In this document: positions 39,573-53,852 of the stretch, piece by piece
Layout of the letters: the number at the start of each line of letters is the position of its first letter
Position numbering within the stretch: the stretch's first letter is position 1
Assembly (NCBI GenBank): GCA_910577055.1
Contig: CAJTKX010000005.1
Location: 116,481 to 180,480 of the forward strand
DNA length: 64,000 nt
Direction: 5' to 3'
DNA from: an uncultured Christensenella sp.
Lineage (GTDB): Bacteria > Bacillota > Clostridia > Christensenellales > Borkfalkiaceae
Notes under the pieces: model-generated
What the model saw: only the letters and a program-made list of their open reading frames with translations
Told to the model about the DNA's origin: nothing
The model's database searches: none
Made by a program: the position numbers and the translations under genes

Positions 39573-40571
39573 TTACAATTCCTCGTCAAAGTGGTCTTTA
39601 TAGCCTTCGCCGTAAATTTCCTTTGCCGATGAAACTATCATAAAAGCGTGGGGGTCTATCTGTTTTACAATATCCCTAATTCTCGGGTACAAATAGTTTT
39701 TCGCCGCACACATAATAATTCTTCTGCTTTCGCCCGTAAACGCGCCTTCGCCTTCAACGTAGGTCGCACCTATGTCAAGCTCTTTCAAAATTTTCTCGCA
39801 TATAAGTACTGAATACTCTTGCGTCGTAATAACGTACAAAAGCTTTGCCGAATTTCCGCCGTATATAACGAAGTCGAAAAGCACTGTAAACACCGCTATC
39901 GCAATAAGGGTGTAGCAAGCAAGCTCGAACTCGCCGAAAACCGCAAACGCAATTCCCATAATCACAACGTCAATCGCCATCGATATAACGCCCGTCTTTA
40001 TATAGCGGAATTTCTTCCTTAGAATCTTAACGATAATATCCGTGCCGCCGGTGGAGGAGTCCAATCTGAAAATAAGCCCCAAACCTACGCCGAACAGCGC
40101 TCCGCCCAGCAATGAGGGTATCAACAAACCGTTCGTATCGAAAATGTGCACGTCCGTAAAAACGAAGTTCCACAACTCTATAAGCAGTGACGAAACCACC
40201 GTTGCAAACAAGGTTGAAATCGTAAACTTCTTTCCGAAAAATATCGCGCCCAAAACAAACAGCGGCAAGTTGATTACTATTATCAAAATGCCCGTAATGT
40301 TCATTTCTATCGGCAATAAATAATTTATGATAATAGCTATGCCCGTAATGCCGCCGGGCGCGATATTGTACGGGTCAAGAAAAACCGCAACGCCGAACGA
40401 GTATATCACGCACCCAAGCGTTATTATGGCGTAGTCCCTTAAAATTTTCAAAACGGCTTTTTTCGTTATTTTGCCGTCGCCGTTTTGCTTGGCGTTTTTC
40501 AAGTTTAAGCCTCCGAAATTATCATTTAAATTATACGCAAAAATAATAAAATAGTCAATAGACTTTATCAT
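39573..40571 (-). CDS. YitT family membrane protein (DUF161 + DUF2179)
   Basis: It has 5-6 TM helices with GGTD and a C-terminal cytoplasmic domain. The real start may be internal. Confidence 0.7.
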   Translation of the reverse strand: MIKSIDYFIIFAYNLNDNFGGLNLKNAKQNGDGKITKKAVLKILRDYAIITLGCVIYSFGVAVFLDPYNIAPGGITGIAIIINYLLPIEMNITGILIIVINLPLFVLGAIFFGKKFTISTLFATVVSSLLIELWNFVFTDVHIFDTNGLLIPSLLGGALFGVGLGLIFRLDSSTGGTDIIVKILRKKFRYIKTGVISMAIDVVIMGIAFAVFGEFELACYTLIAIAVFTVLFDFVIYGGNSAKLLYVITTQEYSVLICEKILKELDIGATYVEGEGAFTGESRRIIMCAAKNYLYPRIRDIVKQIDPHAFMIVSSAKEIYGEGYKDHFDEEL

Positions 40572-40880
40572 AAAAATGTAAATTTACGCTTAAAAATTTT
40601 TTGATTGCCCCGCACATATGGCAGTTTTATTTTTTTGCCGTACAAGCCAAAAACCGCCTCAAAACCCGATTGCACCCCATATATATTGTACTTTTGCGGT
40701 GTTTTAAAGCTTATTTTTTGCCAAAAATTGCGTTAACCCGCATATATGCTTGTTTTTGCGTTGCTTTTTAAAATTTTTTCCATTTTTAAAATATTGCAGC
40801 ATTTTTGCTTGCAACTAAGTAATTTTACGACTTTTGCGCCCCAAGAAACAACCCCCCACGCAATCCGCGTAGGGGGGTTA

Positions 40881-40963
40881 TGGTGCTGCTGACAGGGGTT
40901 GAACCTGCACGGTTGCCCACGGGATTCTAAGTCCCGCGCGTCTGCCAATTCCGCCACAGCAGC
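40881..40963 (-). tRNA. tRNA-Leu (anticodon TAG) with long variable arm
   Basis: The reverse complement is GCTGCTGTGGCGGAATTGGCAGACGCGCGGGACTTAGAATCCCG...CAGCAGCACCA. The anticodon loop is CTTAGAA. A terminator hairpin (ccccccacgc...gcgtagggggg) follows downstream on the minus strand. Confidence 0.8.
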
Positions 40964-41018
40964 AAAAATATTAAATTAAAGATATGGCTGTGGGCAAGCG
41001 CCTCCATATACCATAACA

Positions 41019-41054
41019 CTAAGTCCCGCGCGTCGGCAACTATGTAAAAGCAGC
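41019..41054 (-). repeat. degenerate partial copy of the tRNA-Leu 5' half (5' end through anticodon), ~55 bp upstream of the intact gene
   Basis: The reverse complement GCTGCTTTTACATAGTTGCCGACGCGCGGGACTTAG matches tRNA positions 1-6 and the segment TTGGCAGACGCGCGGGACTTAG. Confidence 0.6.
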
Positions 41055-41175
41055 AAAATATACTTAGGAAATACAGACCACAGATTAAGTGATATTTTAA
41101 TGAAACTTTTTTCAAAAGTCAAGTTATACTTTACAAAACAAAAAATAAATGTTTTAATTAAAAAAATATTTCGGG

Positions 41176-41886
41176 GTGCTTTCTATGGGCTTTCTTAATT
41201 TAAAAGGCGTCGGCAAGGAATACAAGACGGGCACGGTAAGCGTTACCGCTTTATCTGACGTTTCGTTCGAACTTGAAGACGGCGAATTTGTTGTAATTCT
41301 CGGTAGCTCGGGCGCGGGTAAAACAACTCTTTTAAACCTATTGGGCGGTATGGATAACGCCACCTCGGGTGAGATTATCCTCGACGGCAAAAACGTAACC
41401 GCTCTCGATAAGCGCGGCATGACGCAATTTAGGCGCAACGACGTTGGTTTTGTATTTCAATTCTATAATCTAATGCCAAACCTTACCGCCCTTGAAAACG
41501 TAGAAATTGCGGTTGAAATCTGCAAGGACCACCTCGACCCCGAATCCGTTTTAAATGAAGTAGGGCTCGGAGAGCGGCTTTCCAACTTCCCCGCACAGCT
41601 TTCGGGCGGAGAGCAGCAGCGCGTTTCTATCGCGCGCGCAATCGCAAAAAACCCCAAGCTGCTCCTTTGTGACGAGCCTACCGGCGCGCTCGATTATAAC
41701 ACGGGTAAAAAGATTTTGAAGCTTCTCCACGACGTCTGCAAAGACAAAAAGCGGCTTGTCATCGTCGTAACGCACAACTCCGCGCTCAAGGATATGGCGG
41801 ATAAAGTCGTGTACATCAAAAGCGGCAAAATCGAAAACATAGTCGTCAACCCCAATCCCCGTCCTATAGAGGAGATAGAGTGGTAA
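41176..41886 (+). CDS. ABC transporter ATP-binding protein (MacB/FtsE-like)
   Basis: [17 protein letters not shown] and [12 protein letters not shown]. The likely start is the internal ATG (MGFLNLKG). Confidence 0.85.
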   Translation: MLSMGFLNLKGVGKEYKTGTVSVTALSDVSFELEDGEFVVILGSSGAGKTTLLNLLGGMDNATSGEIILDGKNVTALDKRGMTQFRRNDVGFVFQFYNLMPNLTALENVEIAVEICKDHLDPESVLNEVGLGERLSNFPAQLSGGEQQRVSIARAIAKNPKLLLCDEPTGALDYNTGKKILKLLHDVCKDKKRLVIVVTHNSALKDMADKVVYIKSGKIENIVVNPNPRPIEEIEW

Positions 41887-43844
41887 TGAAAACCTACTTA
41901 AAGACCTTGGCGCGAATGTTCAAAAAACACATAACGCGTTTTATCTCCATAATTTTTATAGTCATTGTGTCGGTCGGGTTTATCTCGGGTATAGGCAGCT
42001 CCACAGACAAAATCCGCTATTCTATGGTTGACTATTACAAGGCGCAAAACGTCGGCGACTTAACTTTGCGCAAGACCTCGTCAAGTGAGTTTGACAGCGA
42101 TAAAATATCGAACTTAAAAGACCTTTACGGCGAAGCTAACGTAAGCGTCGGCGCGCAAGTGGACGCAAATATTGAAATCGACGGTGAAGAGCAAACCGTG
42201 CGCTTGGTATTTCTCGAAGATTATTTTGACGGTAATTGGCGCGTCAATAAGCCCGATATTTTAGAGGGGGAAATGCCCCGAAACGAGTCGGAAGCGCTTT
42301 GTGAAAAATCCGACAACAAAATTCGCGGAATTCCGATTGGTGCCCGCATATCATTGAGTTTTGGCAATATTTTAAAACAACTTGCGCTGAAAGCAGATGT
42401 AAATGCGGACGTCGGTATGTTCGAAATGATTGAAAAATTCCCCGATTCTACCGTGACCGTAACTGTAACGGGAGTAGCCCAAAGCCCGTTGACTTTCGCC
42501 AACGACGGCGAGCCGAGCGATTACAACGACGAGAATATGGAAGTCCCCGACACTATTGACGCGGTAAATTCTCTCGACACGCTCGACAATGTTTTGTACT
42601 TGTCTTTGTCTGCGGTTCCCAAGCTTTTCGGCAACACACTCTTGCCAGCAAACGCAGTTTACATCGCGCTCCCCGATAGGAACGCCTTCGACGCTTTCGG
42701 TAAGAACTATCAAGCTTATGTGGACGCTCAAAAGGAATTGGTTTTGTCAACCTTGTCTTTGACGTCCGACGATGCAAAGATTATAACGCTTTACGACAAC
42801 TACAGCTTTGTTTCGCTTGATTCCTACGCCGATAAGGTTATGGGTATAGGGCTTGTCTTAATGGTAGCGTTCATATTCGTAACCGCGCTCGTGGCGCAGT
42901 CCACAATGACGCGCTTAATGGAGGAAGAACGGTCGCAAATCGCGTGTTTAAGGACGCTCGGCTATTCTGCCTTTAAAATCGTGTTCAAGTACGTCCTTTT
43001 TGCTATGATAGCCGCGGGACTAGGCGGAGTAGCGTCTTATTTTGTCGGGCTTGGGCTTGCTCATCTGATATATTTCGTATTTAATTACAGCTTCACTATG
43101 CCGCCCGTGTCCTCCACGGTAGCTTTGCCGTTCTATCTCATCGTATTCTTCGTAATCGTGGCTATAACGCTTTTATCCACGCTTTTTGTTGGCTTAAAGC
43201 TCACCAACGAAACTCCCGCAAACTTGCTTCGTCCCAAGCCTCCCAAGGTCGGCAAAAAGGTCTTTTTGGAAAGAATCCCCTTTATTTGGAACAAACTTTC
43301 CTTCAAATACAAATCTACTACACGCAACGTTTTAAGGTATTTCGGTCGCTTCATAATGACGGTTGTGTCCGTTGCCGTGTCAACCGCGCTCGTTTTGGCG
43401 GGGCTTGCCCTTTTGGATGTGTGTCTATTCGGCGGAATCGATTCTCCGTCGGTTATGGCAATAGCCGTCGTAGTTATAATTTTTGCGGGGCTTTTAACGG
43501 CAGCGGTTATCTATACTTTGACAAATATCAACGTCAGCGAAAGGAATAGGGAGCTTGCCACCTTAAAAGTCCTTGGCTATCAGGATAAGGAAGTTGCGGG
43601 GTACATCTACCGTGAAGTCTATATCGACGCCGCCGTCGGGATAATTTTCGGTTACCCCTTGTCAACGCTTATTATGTGGCTTGTATTCGGCGTTATGGGC
43701 GTCGGAACTATCGGCGGAGTAAGTTGGTTTTGGTGGCTCGTCGCGCCCGCAATCGTCTTGGTGTTCGCGTTCGTCGTTACCTTGATGTTAAAGCGTAAAA
43801 TCGTCAAAATAGATATGAACGAAAGCTTGAAAGCCATTGAGTAA
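41880..43844 (+). CDS. ABC transporter permease, FtsX/MacB-like with large extracytoplasmic domain
   Basis: The 654-aa protein has TM1, then a large ~300-aa loop, then a 3-TM FtsX core that is duplicated. Its start overlaps the ATPase stop. Confidence 0.75.
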   Translation: MVMKTYLKTLARMFKKHITRFISIIFIVIVSVGFISGIGSSTDKIRYSMVDYYKAQNVGDLTLRKTSSSEFDSDKISNLKDLYGEANVSVGAQVDANIEIDGEEQTVRLVFLEDYFDGNWRVNKPDILEGEMPRNESEALCEKSDNKIRGIPIGARISLSFGNILKQLALKADVNADVGMFEMIEKFPDSTVTVTVTGVAQSPLTFANDGEPSDYNDENMEVPDTIDAVNSLDTLDNVLYLSLSAVPKLFGNTLLPANAVYIALPDRNAFDAFGKNYQAYVDAQKELVLSTLSLTSDDAKIITLYDNYSFVSLDSYADKVMGIGLVLMVAFIFVTALVAQSTMTRLMEEERSQIACLRTLGYSAFKIVFKYVLFAMIAAGLGGVASYFVGLGLAHLIYFVFNYSFTMPPVSSTVALPFYLIVFFVIVAITLLSTLFVGLKLTNETPANLLRPKPPKVGKKVFLERIPFIWNKLSFKYKSTTRNVLRYFGRFIMTVVSVAVSTALVLAGLALLDVCLFGGIDSPSVMAIAVVVIIFAGLLTAAVIYTLTNINVSERNRELATLKVLGYQDKEVAGYIYREVYIDAAVGIIFGYPLSTLIMWLVFGVMGVGTIGGVSWFWWLVAPAIVLVFAFVVTLMLKRKIVKIDMNESLKAIE

Positions 43845-44026
43845 GCAGTCGAAAAATGTCGTTATTTGCGGCATATATGGGCACTAATGCATATTTTCGG
43901 TACATTTTACTCTATAAAAAATTGCGGTAAAAATTTCCTTTAAAACGATTGACTTAACGCAATAGGTTTGGTATACTGAAAAAGCTGTTTCGGCAAATAA
44001 CGCATAGGCAAGGGTAGGTGAAAGAT

Positions 44027-44203
44027 ATGTCAACTATTAAAGTAGGCGAGAACGAGTCTGTTGAAAGCGCGCTTCGTCGTTTCAAAAGAAAGTGTTCGCG
44101 TGACGGTATAATCGGCGACCTTCGCAAGAAGGAGTTTTACGAATCACCTTCCGTGAAGCGCAGAAAGAAAGCGGAAGCCGCAAGAAAGAGAAACAAAAAT
44201 TAA
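44027..44203 (+). CDS. rpsU: 30S ribosomal protein S21
   Basis: [28 protein letters not shown]... The RBS GGTAGGTGA precedes the ATG at 44027. Confidence 0.9.
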   Translation: MSTIKVGENESVESALRRFKRKCSRDGIIGDLRKKEFYESPSVKRRKKAEAARKRNKN

Positions 44204-44273
44204 TTTTAAAGTCTGTCGGACGCAAGTCCGGCGGACTTTTTTCATTACGGAAAATGTCGAGTAAAGGAGGATT

Positions 44274-44663
44274 TTGCAATTTATGGACGACTTAAAGCAT
44301 ATGGCACGCGCAGCTAAAAGCAGACTGAAAAGCAATTATTGGGCAGACTGCAAGGAAAACATCGAGAAAAACGCCAACGAAGCAAAAATCAAGGGGCTAA
44401 GCGAAATTAAGGCCAAATCCTCATTTAAAAACCGCGTAAAAAGCGAAATCAAGGGCGAAAAGCAAGACGAATTTTATCAAAAAGTGAAAGAATTGCTTGA
44501 CGCCGAGGGCGAGGTCTCCGACGCGCTCGGCAGACTTACCGACAAAGAATACTACACTTCGCTCAGCTACGAAGAAAAGCAACGGTACAATTTAGAGCTG
44601 TCCTCTAAATATTTAAACGCCTTGCGCCGTTACAGAAAAGAGAAGGAAGACGGCATTATTTAA
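44274..44663 (+). CDS. hypothetical lysine-rich protein
   Basis: This 129-aa ORF sits between rpsU and pcrA, with no recognisable motif. Confidence 0.4.
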   Translation: MQFMDDLKHMARAAKSRLKSNYWADCKENIEKNANEAKIKGLSEIKAKSSFKNRVKSEIKGEKQDEFYQKVKELLDAEGEVSDALGRLTDKEYYTSLSYEEKQRYNLELSSKYLNALRRYRKEKEDGII

Positions 44664-48967
<4,304 letters not shown>

Positions 48968-49089
48968 TTTTGTGAAAACTCCGTGAAGAATTTCACACAG
49001 TTTTCACTGAAAAACAGCATATTTTGGTGCGATTTTTGAGTAATTTCGGCTGATTTTCGGCACTTTTTTAAAAACAGAATGAAACAAAA

Positions 49090-49125
49090 AAGCGGGGGCG
49101 CGAATTTCGCGCCCCCGCTTTTTGT
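49090..49125. terminator. bidirectional terminator (ligA / BspA-like gene)
   Basis: The stem gcgggggcgcgaa-t-ttcgcgcccccgc is flanked by A6 and T5. Confidence 0.8.
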
Positions 49126-49147
49126 TTATGACGATTAAGGTATTGAA

Positions 49148-51388
49148 TTAATATTTTGTAATACTGCCGTATTTTCCAACTTGTCCGTCAGCGCAGTAGA
49201 TTTTGAATTCGCCACTGTCGAAGTTCCAATAATAATTTTTTTCTATTGCTTCCCATTCATCGGTTGTGCCTTTAAAGTTTATGCTTGTAAGTGAAGTACA
49301 ATTTTTGAATACTCTACCACCGATATGAGTAACGCTGTTGGGAATAGTAATGCTTGTGAGTGAAGAACAACCGTAGAACGCAGAGCCAACGATATGAGTA
49401 ACGCTGTCGGGAATAGTAATGCTTGTGAGTGAAGAACAACCGTAGAACACTCCCTCATTGATATAAGTAACGCTATTTGAAATGGTTATGCTTGTAAGTG
49501 AAATACAATCCGAGAACGCATAATAACCGATAGAAGTAACGCTGTTGGGAATAATAATGCTTTCAAGAGAAGAACAATCATCGAATGCAGAATCACCAAT
49601 ATAAATAACGCTACTTGGAATGGTTATGCTTGTAAGCGAAGTGCAATATGCGAACGCGGCATTTGCAATGCCTTTTGTGCCGTTACGAAAAGTGACTGCG
49701 GTTAAGCTTGTATCGCAATCTACAACCCAATTATTAACGTATTGCACTCCGTTTTCAGATTGAATAAGTTTTGTACAACCGTCAAATGCAGACCCAACGA
49801 TATGAGTAACGCTGTCGGGAATAATAATGCTTTCAAGAGAAGTACAATTTGCGAACGTCAATCTATTAATAGAAGTAACGCTGTCGGGAATAGTAATGCT
49901 TGTGAGTGAAGAACAACCGTGGAACGCATACTCACCGATAGAAGTAACGCTATTCGGAATGGTTATGCTTGTAAGAGAAGTGCAACACCAGAACGCAGAG
50001 TCTCCAATTTCTGTAACGCTGTTGGGAATGGTTATGTTTGTAAGCGAAGAGCAACAGCCGAACGCATAATCACCGATATGAGTAACGCTGTCGGGAATAA
50101 TACTGTTTTTACAACCGACAATAAGTTGCTTTCCGTCTTTACTTAAAAGACAGTTGTTTACGCTTTTGAAATTAGGGTTGTTTTCGTCAACAATGATGAT
50201 TTCAAGAGAAGATATATCAAATACGTTAGTAAAAAGATAAGATATATCAGATACGTTAGCAAAATTAAAGACTTTACAACCTAAGGTAAGATTTTTAAGT
50301 GAAGAACAACCGTAGAACGCATAATAACCGATAGAAGTAACACTGTTGGGAATGGTTATGCTTGCAAGTGAAGAACAATCATCGAACGCAGACTCACCGA
50401 TATGAGTAACGCTGTCGGGGATGGTCACGCTTGTAAGCGAAGAGCAACAGTCGAACGCATAATCACCGATAGAAGTTACGGGCAAGCCTTTAAACATCGC
50501 CGGGATATTCGCAACGGTTGCGTTTTCGTCTAAAATACCGTTTACTGTATAGGACGTGCCGTCTGCGCTTAAAGTGTATTCAAAGAAAGGATAGCCGCAA
50601 ACCGAACAGTCGTTAGGGTCGGTATGTGCGGCTGTTTCAATTTCGTCGTCGCAGACCGAGCAAATTTTCCAATGGTTTTCGTCGTCAAATAAGAAAATAC
50701 CGTCTGTTGTGTGCGGAAGTTTTTCTATGGATTCGGTTTCCATAAAGCCGCAGGCGCAAGTGCGTATTTTTGCGCCCGAAAATGAACAGGTTGCTTCAAC
50801 GGTGGTTTTCCACTCGCCGAATTGGTGCTTGTGGTCTTTTTTGACGTACATCTCTTTTACGCCGCCGCCGACGTTGAGTGCTATGACGCCGTTGGAGATG
50901 GTTCCCGTAGCGAGTTCTTCGTTTGAGCCGAAAAATTCGACGAAGAAGATTATGTTTTCGCCGTCTATTTTATAAGTGCCCGTTTCGCCGTCGTTATCCG
51001 TCCATTTGCCGCCGCTTAATGTGAAATAGTCGTCTTCGTCATATTCGCCGTTTCTGTAACCGTAATAGGTGCCGTTGGTTTTCATTGCGATAAAAGTGGG
51101 AATAAGGCTTAAAAGAATTATGACGATTACAAGTCCCAAAGCTACGGGTACCACGATTTTTATGTGCGATTTTATCCAACCGCCGATTTTGCTTAGCTTT
51201 TGCTTGAAATTCAAGGGGCGGGGTTCGGTCTTGCCCGTGAAAGAGTGACCGCAATGGTTACAGAAGCGGGAAGAACCGCTTAATTTTGCGCCGCATTCGG
51301 GGCAAGTTTTTTCTTCTTGCCATTCGGCGCCGCAGTTGGGGCAGAAGTTGCCTTCAAATTCTTGCCCGCAGTTAGGACATTTGTGCAT
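49148..51388 (-). CDS. BspA-type leucine-rich-repeat surface protein with N-terminal tandem zinc ribbons and one TM helix
   Basis: CPNCG...CPNCG...CPECG...CNHCG is followed by the TM helix [18 protein letters not shown]. The ectodomain has >15 repeats of [25 protein letters not shown]. Confidence 0.8.
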   Translation of the reverse strand: MHKCPNCGQEFEGNFCPNCGAEWQEEKTCPECGAKLSGSSRFCNHCGHSFTGKTEPRPLNFKQKLSKIGGWIKSHIKIVVPVALGLVIVIILLSLIPTFIAMKTNGTYYGYRNGEYDEDDYFTLSGGKWTDNDGETGTYKIDGENIIFFVEFFGSNEELATGTISNGVIALNVGGGVKEMYVKKDHKHQFGEWKTTVEATCSFSGAKIRTCACGFMETESIEKLPHTTDGIFLFDDENHWKICSVCDDEIETAAHTDPNDCSVCGYPFFEYTLSADGTSYTVNGILDENATVANIPAMFKGLPVTSIGDYAFDCCSSLTSVTIPDSVTHIGESAFDDCSSLASITIPNSVTSIGYYAFYGCSSLKNLTLGCKVFNFANVSDISYLFTNVFDISSLEIIIVDENNPNFKSVNNCLLSKDGKQLIVGCKNSIIPDSVTHIGDYAFGCCSSLTNITIPNSVTEIGDSAFWCCTSLTSITIPNSVTSIGEYAFHGCSSLTSITIPDSVTSINRLTFANCTSLESIIIPDSVTHIVGSAFDGCTKLIQSENGVQYVNNWVVDCDTSLTAVTFRNGTKGIANAAFAYCTSLTSITIPSSVIYIGDSAFDDCSSLESIIIPNSVTSIGYYAFSDCISLTSITISNSVTYINEGVFYGCSSLTSITIPDSVTHIVGSAFYGCSSLTSITIPNSVTHIGGRVFKNCTSLTSINFKGTTDEWEAIEKNYYWNFDSGEFKIYCADGQVGKYGSITKY

Positions 51389-51776
51389 AGAGTTTCTCCT
51401 TGGGAATATTTACGGGCAAAAAAATAAGGGCAACCGTTAAGGTTGCCCGCATAACGTACCCTAACAGTCGCCAAACAATTATTCTTATTGCAAACGGAAG
51501 TAATCCCATTATAACACAGAATATAGGATACAAATATGCCTATACATTTTGTGTTATGATGAGATTTTTATGTAATGCCGAAAAAAGGGTATAAAAATAC
51601 CCCGTCTGCAATTTAATTGTTTGGCATAGAAAATATACCATATTTCGCGCGGGGTTGTCAAGGGGGAAAGCGGGGCGATTATATAATTGTAAAGCAATTT
51701 TTTTTGATTTGTACTTTACAATGGGCACAAAATATGGTATAATTTTACAGTTAATTGACACTATAAAAGGTATTGT

Positions 51777-53852
51777 ATGGCGAATAAGACTTATAATGCG
51801 GACGATTTGAAAATATTAGAGGGCTTGGAAGCCGTGCGCGTGCGCCCCGGTATGTATATCGGGTCAACGGGCATAAAGGGACTTCATCACATTCTTTGGG
51901 AGATTGTGGACAACTCTATCGACGAGGCAGCGAACGGGTATGCGGACGAAATTACCGTAATACTTCATAAGGACGGCTCTGCCTCGGTGCGCGACAACGG
52001 CAGAGGTATGCCGACGGACGTAAACAGTAAAGTTAAGATGAGCGGCGTAGAAATTATATTTACAAAGCTGCATGCGGGCGGCAAGTTCGATTCGGGCAAC
52101 TATGCGTTTTCGGGCGGGTTGCACGGCGTGGGCGCGTCGGTTACGAACGCGCTTTCGGAGTGGCTGCACGTTGAAGTTTACCGCGGCAATAAGTTCGTTA
52201 TGGACTTTAAATCGACGTACGATAAGGAAACGAAAAAGTGGCATTGCGGCGCGCCCGTTTCACCCTTGAAAAACACGGGCGAAAAGACTAAGGAAAAGGG
52301 CACGTTTGTACGGTTTAAACCCGACAAGGAAGTTTTTGAAACGGTTGAGTGGAACTACGACACGGTTGCAACGCGTCTTAAAGAGCTTGCGTTTTTGAAT
52401 AAGGGCGTGCAGATTAATTTTAAAGACGAGCGCGAGCTGTACGCATATGAAGAGGGCGAGGACGACGAGGGCAACGTTACGAACATTAAGGTTAAGTTGC
52501 CCGAACGCGAACCCGTAACGTTTAAATACGACGGCGGGCTTGTGGACTTCGTAAAGCATATGAACGAGGACAAGACCGCGCTTTATAACGAGCCGCTTTA
52601 TTACAGCGCGATTAAAGACATTCATGTGAAGGGCGCGCCCGCGGGGAAGATAAAAATAGAGTTTGCTTTGGCGCACACAAAGGACGATACCGAAAGTCTT
52701 TTCTCGTTTGTGAACAATATTTCCACGGTCGAGGGCGGCTATCACGAAACGGGCTTCCACAACGGACTTTTGAAAGCCGTGAACGATTATGCGCGCAACA
52801 ACGGAGTTTTGAAAGCTAAGGACAGCCCTTTCGTTGCCGACGATATTAAAGAAGGCTTGACGGCGGTTTTGACCGTGAAGATGCAGAACGTGGAGTTCGA
52901 GGGGCAGACAAAAACGAAGCTTGGCAACCCCGAAGTAAAACTGCCCGTTGAGCAGACCGTTTTAGAGGGGTTGCAGAAATTGACGGAAGTGCGCGGCAAC
53001 AAAGCCGTGTTCGATAAAATCGCACAAAAAGCGAAGTTTGCGGCGGACGACAGAATTAAGCACCGCGCCGAGCGCGACGTTGCGAAAGCCGCGTCCGAGA
53101 ACGACGGGCTGAACCTTGTGGGCAAGCTTGCCTCTTGCTCGGGAAGAAACCCCGATTTGAACGAACTGTTCATAGTAGAGGGCGACAGCGCGGGAGGCAC
53201 GGCTAAGCAAGCGCGGGTAAGACAGTACCAGTCTATTTTGCCCCTTCGCGGCAAGCCGTTGAACGTACAGAAAAAGACGGCGTTGCAAGCGCTGCAAAAC
53301 GAGGAAATAAAGACGTTGATTTCCGCTATCGGGGCGGGGTTTAACCGCTCTTTCGACGTGGAAAAGACGAAATACAAAAAGGTTATTATACTTTCCGATG
53401 CAGACCAAGACGGTATGCACATTCGCTGTATACTGCTTACTTTCTTTTTCAAGTATATGCGCGATTTGATTAACGCGGGCTACGTCTATATAGGTATGCC
53501 GCCCCTTTATAAGGTGTATAAGGGGGATAACGTGGAATACGCTTACGACGACGCCGAGCTTGACGAAAAAATTAAAAAAGTGGGCAAGGGGTATAAGCTT
53601 CAACGCTATAAAGGACTTGGCGAAATGTCAGCCGACCAGCTTTGGGATACTACGATGAACCCCGATACGCGCAACCTTATTCAAGTTACGATTGAAAACG
53701 CCGCCCAAGCTGCAGACGTTATAGATATGCTGATGGGCGATAAGGTTGACGGCAGAAAAGAGTTCCTTGCAAAGAACGCGAACTTTAACAAGGTTGACGG
53801 GTTTATAGAAAAAGTAAACTTCAAAAACGAAACCAATGCGGAGGTTGACTGA
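51777..53852 (+). CDS. parE: type IIA topoisomerase B subunit, probably ParE (topoisomerase IV)
   Basis: It has a GHKL ATPase ([10 protein letters not shown]), a TOPRIM (EGDSAGG) and PLRGK. It sits upstream of a ParC-like A subunit and not next to dnaA/dnaN/recF. Confidence 0.65.
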   Translation: MANKTYNADDLKILEGLEAVRVRPGMYIGSTGIKGLHHILWEIVDNSIDEAANGYADEITVILHKDGSASVRDNGRGMPTDVNSKVKMSGVEIIFTKLHAGGKFDSGNYAFSGGLHGVGASVTNALSEWLHVEVYRGNKFVMDFKSTYDKETKKWHCGAPVSPLKNTGEKTKEKGTFVRFKPDKEVFETVEWNYDTVATRLKELAFLNKGVQINFKDERELYAYEEGEDDEGNVTNIKVKLPEREPVTFKYDGGLVDFVKHMNEDKTALYNEPLYYSAIKDIHVKGAPAGKIKIEFALAHTKDDTESLFSFVNNISTVEGGYHETGFHNGLLKAVNDYARNNGVLKAKDSPFVADDIKEGLTAVLTVKMQNVEFEGQTKTKLGNPEVKLPVEQTVLEGLQKLTEVRGNKAVFDKIAQKAKFAADDRIKHRAERDVAKAASENDGLNLVGKLASCSGRNPDLNELFIVEGDSAGGTAKQARVRQYQSILPLRGKPLNVQKKTALQALQNEEIKTLISAIGAGFNRSFDVEKTKYKKVIILSDADQDGMHIRCILLTFFFKYMRDLINAGYVYIGMPPLYKVYKGDNVEYAYDDAELDEKIKKVGKGYKLQRYKGLGEMSADQLWDTTMNPDTRNLIQVTIENAAQAADVIDMLMGDKVDGRKEFLAKNANFNKVDGFIEKVNFKNETNAEVD

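Noticed and set aside
40733-41115. Two minus-strand ORFs (74 and 62 aa) across the tRNA-Leu region.
   Set aside because: They read through the tRNA gene and its partial duplicate, and the shared ADARDL peptide is an artefact of the repeat. They are not coding.
49300-50500. Highly regular ~69-bp DNA repeats that at first glance resemble a CRISPR-like array or satellite.
   Set aside because: They lie inside one continuous 746-aa reading frame and encode imperfect BspA-type LRR units. No spacers or unique intervening sequences are present.
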